DNA of 64,000 bases, from NCBI GenBank assembly GCA_009694135.1, contig SHVS01000011.1:3972-67971 (forward strand), in the 5' to 3' direction. The notes below the pieces were generated by a model. That model made no database searches. It was not told the DNA's origin and saw nothing but the letters and a program-made list of their open reading frames with translations. The position numbers and the translations under genes were made by a program. The DNA comes from Alphaproteobacteria bacterium. GTDB taxonomy: Bacteria > Pseudomonadota > Alphaproteobacteria > UBA6615. Positions 53,877 to 64,000 of this stretch are shown piece by piece (position 1 is the first letter of the stretch; each line of letters starts with the position of its first letter).

Positions 53877-55771
53877 TATTCTGGCACGCCGGCTTTGCGG
53901 AGGCCTTCCTCAAATTGGTCGAAGTCTTCCTGGCGGCGATGGTTACGCTTCATGGCCTCGACCTACGATGCAATCGTCGCGCTCGGCGCAATCTTGAGCC
54001 ACGCCTGCACCACCGCGCGAGCTTCCTCGGTACGCCCGAGCTGGCCAAGCGCCGCGGCGTACCGGTTGAGGCAAAGCGGCGAATCCGGCGCCACCGCGCG
54101 GCAGCGTTGCCCAAACTGCACGGTCTCTTCGTAGGCCTTGGCCTGATAGGTCGCAGACATCATGCTGACCAGCGGTCCGCGCGGCGGAAACGGGTCGAGC
54201 GCCCGGTAGAGCGCATAGGCCTTCACTGACTTTTCTGCCTCACCCGCGCGATAATATGTGACCGCGGCCCAATGGAGCGCCCACGCGTCGTTGGGATTGA
54301 GCGCCACCGCCGCCCGGTCGGCCTCGGCCAAGGCCTCGTCCCAGCGGCCGGCAAAAGTCAAGGCCCCGGCGTAGATGGCATGGGCGAGCGCGTCGCGCGG
54401 CGCCAAGGTAACCGCCTTTTGGCCGGCTTCGACAAGGAGCCGTCCAGCGGCCAACCGGGTCGGATCGTCTAAGAAGGGGCTTATCGCCACGGAGTTATAG
54501 GTCTGCGTCAGCCAGATATGGGCGGGCGCATAGTCGGGCGCGAGCGCGACAGCCTGTTCCAGTACCTCGCGGCCCTTGAGGATACTCGCCCGGTCGGCCG
54601 AACCCAGCTGCAGGCTGCGCCCGAGCACCGTCAGCTCATAGGCGCCGAACTTGTCCGGAGTCAGCGAATGCGTGCGCTCGTTCTGGTCGCGGCGGATGTT
54701 CAGGTTCAGCCCGGCGACCACCTTCTGCGTCAGCTCGTCCTGGACCACGAGCATGTCGGTCTCGGGGCGCTCGAAGGTCTCGGCCCAGACGTGCTTGCCG
54801 TCGCGCGTATCGATCAACTGCGCGGTGATGCGCAACCGGCCGCCGCCGCGCCGCACGCTGCCTTCGAGCACATAGCCAACGCCAAGCTCCTGCCAAACTT
54901 TGCGGATGTCGGGCGTTTGCCCCTTGTATTTGAAGCTCGAATTGCGGGCGATCACCTTGAGCTCTGCGAAGCGCGACAGCCCGCTGAGGATGTCGTCGGC
55001 CAGCCCGTCGCTGAAGAACTCCTGCTCCGGATCGTTCGACAAATTGGCGAAAGGCAGCACGGCGATGGCCGGCCGCTCGCTCGTCGCCGCCTCGACCGGG
55101 CGGGCAGCGGTTTGCTGCGACGGCGCGGGCGCGTCTTGGCGGTCGAGCGCGAACCAGCCCGCCGCGCCAACAACTATCAACCCGGCGAGTCCGGCCGCTG
55201 CCAGCAAAGCGGTGCGCCGGAACGACGCCGGTAGAAGCTTGGCCGGTCCGAGCCGCACGGCGAAGGCGTGGATCGGCTCGGCGATGTTCTTCGCCCTGTG
55301 GCGGCCCAGGTCCTCGAATGTCGCCGCGAGTTTGCCCTCGGCGTGTTTCCGCACCTCGGCGGAGATGCACACTTCGCCCGGCGGGCAAAGCGTTTCGAGC
55401 CGCGCGGCAATGTTGACGCCGTCGCCGAAGATGTCGTCGCCGTCCACGACGATGTCGCCCAGATTGACCCCGATGCGCAGCACCATCCGCCGGTCTGCGT
55501 CCTCGCCTTGCGCCCGCTGCGCCAGGGATCGCTGCACCTCGAGCGCCGCGCGCAGCGCATCGACCACGCTGGCGAATTCGGCCAGCAGCCCGTCCCCGGT
55601 TGTCTTGACCTTGCGGCCGTGGTGGCGGGCGAGGGCGGGCTCGACCACTTCGCCCCCCACCGCTTTCACGCGCGCGAGCGTGCCCTCCTCGTCGCGGCCC
55701 GTAAGACGTGAATACCCCACAACATCGGCGGCGAAGATGGCGGCGAGGCGGCGCTTGGCTTCGGTCTCCAT
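53876..55771 (-). CDS. class III adenylate/guanylate cyclase - TM - TolB-N-like - TPR protein, with a premature in-frame TAG at 53963-53965
   Basis: AADVVGYSRL, KTTGDG, DIFGDGVNIAARLE, TM, IAVLPFANLS.DPEQEFFSDG, YVLEGSVRR, TPRs; 28 more codons ending EGLRKAGVPE follow the TAG. Confidence 0.88.
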
Positions 55772-55852
55772 GCTGCGAGTCCCGAGTGCTCCAAAGTCCT
55801 GGAAAAACTACCATAGCCGGGGCCGGGACGCTAGCGCTGCCCGCTGCGCGAC

Positions 55853-55906
55853 TTGATTTTCGGTGAGTTTGGGCGTATTTTAATCTGGACCGAAGCGGTA
55901 CCCATT
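55853..55906 (+). promoter_or_regulatory. putative suf promoter and adjacent operator-like palindrome
   Basis: TTGATT-N17-TATTTT, then AATCTGGACC-GAAGC-GGTACCCATT (7/10 inverted repeat) just before the RBS. Confidence 0.45.
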
Positions 55907-55915
55907 GGAGATTCC

Positions 55916-56371
55916 ATGCTCCGTCTGAGCCATTTGACCGATTATGGCGTCGTGCTCCTGTCGCAACTGGCGCAGGAGGCGCCGGCGCTCGTCACCGCGC
56001 CCGGGCTTGCGGCCTCGACTGGCCTGCCGGCGCCGACGGTCGCCAAGCTGCTCAAGGTGCTGACCCATGCCGGGCTGGTCAGCTCGCATCGCGGCGCCGC
56101 CGGCGGCTACACGCTCGCCCGCTCGCCGGTGTGCATCAGCGTCGGCGAGGTGATTGCCGCGATCGACGGCCCGCTCGCGCTCACCGCCTGCGTCGAAGGT
56201 GCGGTCGAAGTGTGCAAGGTCGAGAGCTCCTGCCCAATCCGCGGCCGCTGGAGCAAGGTGAATGCCGCGCTTAAGCACGCGCTGTCTGAAATCTCGATCG
56301 CCGAACTCGCGACCCCAGGCTCACCGGTGCACGATATGCCGGCCGCCTCCGGCGTCGCGCTGTCGCATTAA
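55916..56371 (+). CDS. Rrf2-family SUF system Fe-S cluster assembly regulator
   Basis: [31 protein letters not shown], three Cys (TAC...VC....SCP). Confidence 0.9.
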   Translation: MLRLSHLTDYGVVLLSQLAQEAPALVTAPGLAASTGLPAPTVAKLLKVLTHAGLVSSHRGAAGGYTLARSPVCISVGEVIAAIDGPLALTACVEGAVEVCKVESSCPIRGRWSKVNAALKHALSEISIAELATPGSPVHDMPAASGVALSH

Positions 56372-56382
56372 GGACACCGACC

Positions 56383-57828
<1,446 letters not shown>

Positions 57829-57836
57829 GGGGCAAT

Positions 57837-58592
57837 ATGGCGTTGTTGCAAATCGAAGGGCTCAAGGTTGCGGTCGCCGGCAAGGAGATCCTGCGCGGGA
57901 TCGACCTGGAACTCGTGCCCGGCCAGGTGCACGCGATCATGGGCCCGAACGGCTCGGGCAAGAGCACGCTCGCCTACGCGATCGCCGGCCGCGAGGGCTA
58001 CGAGGTGACCGGTGGGCGCGCGCTGCTCGACGGCACGGATCTGCTCGAACTTGAGCCGGAGGAACGCGCCCGCGCCGGTCTGTTCCTCGCCTTCCAATAT
58101 CCGGTCGAGATCGCCGGCGTCGGTGGCGTCACCTTCCTCAAGACCGCGTATAACGCGCTGCGCAAGGAGCGCGGCGAGAGCGAGCTCGACGCCATGCAGT
58201 TTTTGAAACTGGTGCGCGCGAAAGCGACCGCGCTCGGCGTCGGCGACGACATGCTCAAGCGGGCGGTCAATAGCGGCTTTTCCGGCGGCGAGAAGAAGCG
58301 CTTCGAGATTCTGCAAATGGCGTTGCTCGAACCGCGCGTGGCAGTGCTGGATGAGACCGACTCCGGCCTTGATATCGACGCGCTGAAAGTCGTGGCCGGC
58401 GGCGTGAACGCGCTGCGTTCGCCCACGCGCTCGATGCTGGTGATCACGCATTATCAGCGGCTGCTCGATTATATCGTGCCGGATGTGATTCACGTCATGG
58501 CGGCGGGACGCATCGTGCGCTCGGGCGGCAAGGAGCTGGCGCTGGAGCTGGAATCGACCGGCTATGCCGCCCATGCGGGGGCGCCGGCGTGA
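57837..58592 (+). CDS. sufC: Fe-S cluster assembly ATPase SufC
   Basis: GPNGSGKSTL, FLAFQYPVEI, GFSGGEKKR, LDETDSGLDIDAL, ITHYQRLL. Confidence 0.96.
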   Translation: MALLQIEGLKVAVAGKEILRGIDLELVPGQVHAIMGPNGSGKSTLAYAIAGREGYEVTGGRALLDGTDLLELEPEERARAGLFLAFQYPVEIAGVGGVTFLKTAYNALRKERGESELDAMQFLKLVRAKATALGVGDDMLKRAVNSGFSGGEKKRFEILQMALLEPRVAVLDETDSGLDIDALKVVAGGVNALRSPTRSMLVITHYQRLLDYIVPDVIHVMAAGRIVRSGGKELALELESTGYAAHAGAPA

Positions 58593-59851
58593 AGCCGCTC
58601 ACGCTCGATCGCTTTGGCGGTGTCGGCACACCCGCTTCGGCGGCGCTGAGCTCCGCCGCGCTTAGAGCGATTGTCGCGCATGGTCTGCCCACGACCAAAT
58701 GGGAGGGCTGGCGATTCACTCCGGTGGAGCGCCGGCTTCAGCCGGACTATCGCCTGGCGTCGGAGCCGGTCTCGAGCCCAGACGCGAGTTCCCATCTCGG
58801 TCTTAATGCGGCAAAGCTGGTGCTGGTGAATGGACGCCTGCGGTCGGAGCTGTCGGATCTCTCCGGCCTCGGCCGTGGCGTGGAGTTACGCGGTCTGGCG
58901 AAGGGCTTGCCGCCAGAGCTTGGCGCGCTGGCCAAGGTCGACGGGGGGCGGCCCTTCGTAGGGATGAATACCGCCTGCTTCACTGATGGTGTTCTGCTGC
59001 ACGTCGGCGCTGGGGCGAGCGCGGCGCGGGTAATCCATGTCGTTTCACTGGCCGTGCCGGGCGAAGCGCCAACGGTGCTGTATCCGCGATTGTCGATCAT
59101 GCTCGAAGCCGGCGCGCGCGCGACGCTGGTCGAAAGCCATCAGGGCGTGGGCGCCTATCTCACCGCTATCGTGAGCGAGATTGAACTCGGCGAGGGTGCG
59201 GAGCTTACGCATCTGCGCTTGCAACAGGACGGCGCGGATTCAGTTCATATCGCGCATACGGCGCTGGCGCTCGCCGCCAACGCGAGCTATGCGGCGACCG
59301 CATTTTCGCTCGGTCAGGGGCTCGCCCGCCATGAGCTGCATGCGCGTTTGATAGGCGAAGGCGCGCGGTTCGATCTCTCTGCCGCCAGCCTTGGTGGCGG
59401 GCGCGGGCACTACGATGTGACGACCACGGTCGAGCATCTCGCGCGCGCCACGCAATCTCGACAAAAGGTCAAATGCGTGCTCGCCGGGCGCGGGCGCGGC
59501 GTCTATCAGGGCAAGGTCATGGTTGCGCGCGGCGCGATGAAGACCGACGCGCATCAGATCGCGCGTGCGCTGCTGTTGTCGCCGGAGGCCGAGGCCGATC
59601 TCAAGCCGGAGCTGGAGATCTTCGCCGATGACGTGAAATGCGGCCATGGCGCGACCGTCGGCGAGCTTGAAAGCGAGCCGCTGTTTTATTTGCGTTCGCG
59701 CGGCATTGCGCTGGCCGATGCGCGCCGATTGCTGATCGAGGCCTTTGTCGGCGAAGTTTTGGACGCCGTTCCCGAGGGCGACCTCCGCGATGCAGCCGGG
59801 CGCGCGGTTGCGGCATCGCTTGCGAGCCTGTTCGCCGAGGTGCGGCCATGA
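58589..59851 (+). CDS. sufD: Fe-S cluster assembly protein SufD
   Basis: GLPT.K.E.WRFT, KPELEIFADDVKCGHGATVG, LFYLRSRGI. Confidence 0.93.
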   Translation: MKPLTLDRFGGVGTPASAALSSAALRAIVAHGLPTTKWEGWRFTPVERRLQPDYRLASEPVSSPDASSHLGLNAAKLVLVNGRLRSELSDLSGLGRGVELRGLAKGLPPELGALAKVDGGRPFVGMNTACFTDGVLLHVGAGASAARVIHVVSLAVPGEAPTVLYPRLSIMLEAGARATLVESHQGVGAYLTAIVSEIELGEGAELTHLRLQQDGADSVHIAHTALALAANASYAATAFSLGQGLARHELHARLIGEGARFDLSAASLGGGRGHYDVTTTVEHLARATQSRQKVKCVLAGRGRGVYQGKVMVARGAMKTDAHQIARALLLSPEAEADLKPELEIFADDVKCGHGATVGELESEPLFYLRSRGIALADARRLLIEAFVGEVLDAVPEGDLRDAAGRAVAASLASLFAEVRP

Positions 59852-61098
59852 AAGCCGCGCGCCAGCACACGCCCGTTGTAAGTTATGACGTCGCCAAGCT
59901 GCGCGCCGAGTTTCCGATCCTCGCGCGCAGCGTGCATGGCAAGAAGCTGGTCTATCTCGACAGCGCCGCCTCGGCGCAAAAGCCGCGCGCGGTGATCGAC
60001 TGCGAGCGGCAAGTGTATGAGGAAGAATACGCCAACGTGCATCGCGGTCCGCATTTTCTTTCGGAGTGGGCGAGCGACCGCTTCGAGGCCGCGCGCGCGA
60101 CGGTGCGCAAGTTTCTCAATGCCGCCGATGCGCGCGAGATCATCTTCACGCGCAATGCGACCGAGAGCATCAATCTGGTTGCCGCGACTTGGGGCCGTCG
60201 GTTCCTCAAGGCGGGCGATGAAGTCGTCCTCAGCGAAATGGAACACCACTCCAATATCGTGCCGTGGCAGATGTTGCGCGACGCCATCGGTATCGAGATC
60301 AAGGTCGCGCCGATCACCGATGACGGGGAGCTTTCGCTCGACGGATTTGACAGGCTGCTCGGCCCGCGCACCAAGCTGGTCGCGATTACGCATGTGTCCA
60401 ATGTGCTCGGCACCGTCGTTCCGGTCGCGGAGGTGATCCGCCGCGCCCATGCCGCCGGCGCCAAGGTGCTGATCGACGGCTGTCAGGCGGTGATGCATCG
60501 CGCCGTCGATGTGCGAGCGCTCGGCTGCGACTTCTACGCCTTTTCCGGGCATAAGCTTTATGGCCCCTCGGGCATCGGCGTGCTTTATGGCCGCTCGGAG
60601 CTTCTGGAAGCGATGCCGCCTTATATGGGCGGCGGCGGGATGATATCCTCGGTCAGCTTCGCGCACACCGAATACGCCGGCATTCCGCAGCGTTTCGAAG
60701 CTGGAACGCCGGCGATCGCGCAGGCCATCGCGCTCGCCCCGGCGATTGAGTTCGTCTTGGAACTCGGCTTCGAGGCGATCCAGGCGCATGAACGCGATTT
60801 GATCGCCTATGCGACGCAGCGGCTTTCGGCCATCGATGGACTGACCATTCACGGCACGGCGCCGGGCAAGGACGGCGTGGTGTCCTTCACCCTCGGCCAC
60901 GCGCATGCGCATGACATCGCCACCATTCTGGATCGCGCCGGCATCGCCATCCGCGCCGGCCATCATTGCGCCATGCCCCTGATGCACAGGCTCGGCGTCG
61001 CGGCCACGGCGCGCGCGTCCTTCGGCTTGTACAACACGCGCGTCGAAGTCGATGCGCTCGCGGAAGGGATCGAAGCGGTGCGGAGGATCTTCGCCTAA
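59848..61098 (+). CDS. sufS: SufS-type cysteine desulfurase
   Basis: YLDSAASAQKP, NVHRG, MEHHSNIVPWQ, FSGHKLYGP, RAGHHCA. Confidence 0.95.
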   Translation: MKAARQHTPVVSYDVAKLRAEFPILARSVHGKKLVYLDSAASAQKPRAVIDCERQVYEEEYANVHRGPHFLSEWASDRFEAARATVRKFLNAADAREIIFTRNATESINLVAATWGRRFLKAGDEVVLSEMEHHSNIVPWQMLRDAIGIEIKVAPITDDGELSLDGFDRLLGPRTKLVAITHVSNVLGTVVPVAEVIRRAHAAGAKVLIDGCQAVMHRAVDVRALGCDFYAFSGHKLYGPSGIGVLYGRSELLEAMPPYMGGGGMISSVSFAHTEYAGIPQRFEAGTPAIAQAIALAPAIEFVLELGFEAIQAHERDLIAYATQRLSAIDGLTIHGTAPGKDGVVSFTLGHAHAHDIATILDRAGIAIRAGHHCAMPLMHRLGVAATARASFGLYNTRVEVDALAEGIEAVRRIFA

Positions 61099-61562
61099 TG
61101 CAAGACGATCTGCGCGATCTTTACCAGGAAGTGATCCTGGATCACGGCCGCCGCCCGCGTAATTTACGCGCGATTGCCGATGCCTCGGCCAGCGCGCAGG
61201 GGCACAACCCGCTGTGCGGCGACCAGATCAAGGTTTATCTCACGCTCGGCCCGGGCGATGTGGTGGAAGACGCGTCTTTCGAGGGCAAGGGCTGCGCGAT
61301 CTCGGTCGCCTCGGCTTCGCTGATGACCGAGTTGGTGCGCGGCCGGACGCTGGCCGATATCGAGCGGTTGTTCGGCGGATTGCACCACCGCTGCACCGGC
61401 CAGGGCGAGGCCCCGTCCGAGGCAGGGATCGAGGACGCGATGGAGAAGCTCGACGTTCTGTCCGGGGTGCGCGAGTTCCCGGTGCGGGTCAAATGCGCCA
61501 CGCTCGCCTGGCACACTTTGCAGGCGGCGCTGGCTGGTCGCGCCAAGGTTTCGACGGAGTAG
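61098..61562 (+). CDS. sufU: SufU-type (NifU-family) protein
   Basis: LYQEVILDH, NPLCGD, GCAISVASAS, RVKCATLAWH; TAATG overlap with sufS. Confidence 0.9.
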   Translation: MQDDLRDLYQEVILDHGRRPRNLRAIADASASAQGHNPLCGDQIKVYLTLGPGDVVEDASFEGKGCAISVASASLMTELVRGRTLADIERLFGGLHHRCTGQGEAPSEAGIEDAMEKLDVLSGVREFPVRVKCATLAWHTLQAALAGRAKVSTE

Positions 61563-61567
61563 GGCGG

Positions 61568-61972
61568 ATGGCGAGCGATGTAACATTCCGATACGACTCT
61601 TTATACGCCCTAGAGAAGGGCGAGGAAGCGGTGGCGCGCGCCGATGGCGACCGCAAAGCGGGCGACCCCTTGCCGGAGCGCGAGGCGATCATCGATGCCT
61701 TGCGCTCCGTGCATGACCCAGAGATACCCGTGAATATTTACGATCTCGGCCTAATATACGATCTGGACATTGGCGCCGAGGGTTCGGTCAAGTTGCAGAT
61801 GACCTTGACCACGCCCGCCTGTCCGGTCGCCGGCATGATGCCCCAGCAGGTGGCGGATGCGGTCGCGTTGGTGCCGAATATTGGCGAGATCGAGGTGAAA
61901 CTTGTGTGGGATCCGCCCTGGACTACCGAGCGCATGACCGAGGATGCTCGGCTTGCGCTCGACATGTTTTGA
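61568..61972 (+). CDS. SUF system Fe-S assembly protein (DUF59/SufT)
   Basis: DPEIPVNIYDLGLIY, MTLTTPACPVAG, VWDPPW. Confidence 0.9.
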   Translation: MASDVTFRYDSLYALEKGEEAVARADGDRKAGDPLPEREAIIDALRSVHDPEIPVNIYDLGLIYDLDIGAEGSVKLQMTLTTPACPVAGMMPQQVADAVALVPNIGEIEVKLVWDPPWTTERMTEDARLALDMF

Positions 61973-61992
61973 CCGATGGAAAGGGAGGCGAC

Positions 61993-62328
61993 ATGGCAGC
62001 ACCATTGATCACGCTCACTGACCGCGCGGTTGAACACGCCCGGACCTTGCTGGCCAAGGCCGAGAATTCGGCCCAAGGGCTGCGGCTCGCCGTGTCCACC
62101 AAGGGCTGCTCGGGCTTAAGCTACGTCGTCGAATACGCCGACGCGCCGCGCAAGTTCGAAGAAGTGGTCGAGGCCAAGGGAGTGAAGATTTTCATCGACC
62201 CCAAGGCGATCATGTATCTCGTCGGCGCGGAAATGGATTACGTCGAGGGCAAGTTCAAATCCGGCTTCGAGTTCAGCAATCCGAACGAAAAGGGACGCTG
62301 CGGCTGCGGCGAGTCCTTTCACGTCTAA
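61993..62328 (+). CDS. sufA: A-type Fe-S carrier (SufA/IscA)
   Basis: GCSGLSY, NPNEKGRCGCGESF. Confidence 0.9.
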   Translation: MAAPLITLTDRAVEHARTLLAKAENSAQGLRLAVSTKGCSGLSYVVEYADAPRKFEEVVEAKGVKIFIDPKAIMYLVGAEMDYVEGKFKSGFEFSNPNEKGRCGCGESFHV

Positions 62329-62329
62329 A

Positions 62330-62677
62330 GTGGCGACATCGAGCACGGTCAGCGTTGTTATCATCGAAGCCGACGGCGCACGGCGCGAGCTCGCGGCGCC
62401 CACCGGGCTGTCGGTGATGGAGCTGGCGCGCAATATCGGGCTCGATGTCGAGGGGGCCTGCGAGGGCGCGCTCGCCTGCTCCACCTGCCATGTCATCGTC
62501 GATCCGGCCTGGTATGAGCGCTTGTCGCCGCCGAGCGAGGAAGAGGAGGACATGCTCGACCTCGCCCTTGGCTTGACCCGCACCTCGCGCTTGGGCTGCC
62601 AGATCATTCTTCGCCCGGAGCTGAACGGTCTTACGCTGCGCCTGCCGGCGGCGGTCAGTAACCAGCTCATCGGATAA
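62330..62677 (+). CDS. fdx: 2Fe-2S ferredoxin (adrenodoxin/ISC-type)
   Basis: EGACEGALACSTCHV, EEDMLDLA, SRLGCQ. Confidence 0.92.
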   Translation: MATSSTVSVVIIEADGARRELAAPTGLSVMELARNIGLDVEGACEGALACSTCHVIVDPAWYERLSPPSEEEEDMLDLALGLTRTSRLGCQIILRPELNGLTLRLPAAVSNQLIG

Positions 62678-62679
62678 AC

Positions 62680-63393
62680 ATGGACTTGCGCGACCTGCCC
62701 TTTGTCGTCACCGGCGGGGCCGGAGCGCTGGGCGCGGCCGTGGTGGCAAGGCTGCTCGATGAGGGTGCGCTGGTTCACTTGCCGCTACGCGATGCACGCG
62801 CCACCGATCACCTGCCCTGGGCCGGACATCCCGCGCTGCGAATCACAGTCGGCATTGAGTTGACTGACGAAGACGCGGTGACCCGCTATTACGCCGCGCT
62901 GCCCGCGCTTTGGGCCTCGCTGCAGCTCGCCGGTGGTTTTGCTTCGGCAAAATTTACCGACATCACCGCTGCCGATCTCGAGCGGGTACTGGCGAGCAAT
63001 CTCCGCACGGCGTTTTTATGCAGCCGCGAGGCCGTGCGCGCGATGCGGGCGCACCCGGCCCCTGGCCGTCGCGGCGGGCGCATCGTCAATGTCACGGCGA
63101 AACCGGCGCTCGAGCCGCGCGCCGGTGCCGGCATGGTTGCCTATGCAGCCGCCAAGGCAGCGGTCGCGGCGATGACGGTGGCGCTAGCGGAGGAAGTGGC
63201 TGGGGAGGGGATCCTCGCCAATGCCGTGGCCCCGTCGATCATCGACAGCGCGGCCAATCGCTTAGCGATGCCGCAAGCCGATTGGGCCGCTTGGCCGAAG
63301 CCGGCGGAGATCGCGGAAGCGATCCTGTTTCTCGCCAGCCCGCTCAATCGCGCCGCGCGCAGCGGCGTTATACCACTTTACGGGCGCGGCTGA
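62680..63393 (+). CDS. short-chain dehydrogenase/reductase
   Basis: VTGGAGALG, GRIVNV, YAAAK (YxxxK), NAVAPSIID. Confidence 0.88.
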   Translation: MDLRDLPFVVTGGAGALGAAVVARLLDEGALVHLPLRDARATDHLPWAGHPALRITVGIELTDEDAVTRYYAALPALWASLQLAGGFASAKFTDITAADLERVLASNLRTAFLCSREAVRAMRAHPAPGRRGGRIVNVTAKPALEPRAGAGMVAYAAAKAAVAAMTVALAEEVAGEGILANAVAPSIIDSAANRLAMPQADWAAWPKPAEIAEAILFLASPLNRAARSGVIPLYGRG

Positions 63394-64000
63394 GTTTCCG
63401 GCCACCAGCGCAGCAACGCGAGCCCAATTCCGGCCGAGAGCAGCGATCCGGCCAACACGCCGATGCGGATCGCAGCGGTGCGTGGCGCGTCGTCGAAGGC
63501 GAGCGAGCCGATAAACAGGCTCATGGTGAAGCCGATTCCGGCCAGGCACGCGACCCCCATAAGGTCGCGCCAGGTCACCCCGCTGGGGAGCCGCGCGAAC
63601 CCAAGCCTTATGGTGATCCAGGCGGCGGCCAGCACGCCGGCGGGCTTGCCGAGCAGCAATCCGAAGGCGATGCCGAGTGGCAGCGTCGCGAACAGATCGC
63701 GCACGCCGATATCGCCAAAATGCACGCCCGCATTGGCGAATCCGAACAGCGGCAAGATCCCAAACGCGACCCAGGGGTGCAGCTCGTGCTCCAAGCGGAT
63801 GAGCGGCGACTGGCCGTCCGCATCGCGGGCGCGCAGCGGAATGGCGAAGGCGAGCACCACCCCAGCCAGGGTCGCATGCACGCCCGAATTCAGCACCGAG
63901 GCCCAGAGCGCGACCCCGAGCAGCAGATAAGCGCCGCGTCGCGCGACACCGAGGACATTGAGCGCGGCCAGGGCGGCAATCAGCACTCCGGCGAACAGCA
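63378..64000 (-). CDS. nhaA: Na+/H+ antiporter NhaA, 3' part (runs off window edge)
   Basis: SGVHATLAGV, LEHELHPWVAFGILPLFGFANAGV, GKPAG, LAGIGFTMSLFI. Confidence 0.92.
   Translation of the reverse strand, partial: LFAGVLIAALAALNVLGVARRGAYLLLGVALWASVLNSGVHATLAGVVLAFAIPLRARDADGQSPLIRLEHELHPWVAFGILPLFGFANAGVHFGDIGVRDLFATLPLGIAFGLLLGKPAGVLAAAWITIRLGFARLPSGVTWRDLMGVACLAGIGFTMSLFIGSLAFDDAPRTAAIRIGVLAGSLLSAGIGLALLRWWPETQPRP

Noticed and set aside
53882..53898. Sigma54-like TGGCACG...TTGC
   Set aside because: GG-to-GC spacing is wrong for -24/-12, and it lies antisense within the cyclase C-terminal coding tail.
53963..53965. Pyrrolysine or genome-wide stop-codon reassignment to explain the internal stops
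   Set aside because: TAG and TAA both terminate many intact genes here (hbd, ftsE, ftsX; gluQ, lysA), no pyl genes are in the window, and the two internal stops are different codons.

Overview
GC-rich alphaproteobacterial chromosome segment; gene order and content suggest a Rhodospirillales-like organism (inference). Most of it is a conserved housekeeping backbone: gluQ, PduO-type adenosyltransferase, etfBA-hbd, tlpA/argH-lipoprotein-lysA-TIGR02302, a zinc-ribbon gene/ftsEX-YdcF-plsC, nrdJ, chorismate mutase-hisC-prephenate/arogenate dehydrogenase, metXW, rne/amiC-PBP1A-prfB (programmed +1 frameshift), glnE-bcp, AsmA-like, tyrS/anmK, cysE plus two IscS-like desulfurases, an Rrf2-suf operon with sufA and ferredoxin, and nhaA. 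The best candidate for an undescribed system is an ~8 kb accessory block (about 47.9-55.8 kb) between the desulfurase pair and the suf operon. It encodes four predicted periplasmic proteins: a divergent PQQ beta-propeller dehydrogenase (no vicinal CC, but a W-D-F-D motif), a Cys-rich cytochrome c, a Cys-containing hypothetical protein and a CPGC pentapeptide-repeat protein. The pentapeptide gene is coupled to a membrane adenylate cyclase-TPR gene. The block also holds a full-length IS5-family element and toxin/IS remnants. A low-GC ORFan lies at 5.5-6.0 kb. Several single-base lesions are hidden by the ORF track: an in-frame TAA in glnE, an in-frame TAG in the cyclase and a 1-nt deletion in a response regulator. 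These could be real or assembly errors. No rRNA, tRNA or CRISPR array was recognised. All calls are from motif recognition by eye; no database searches were run.
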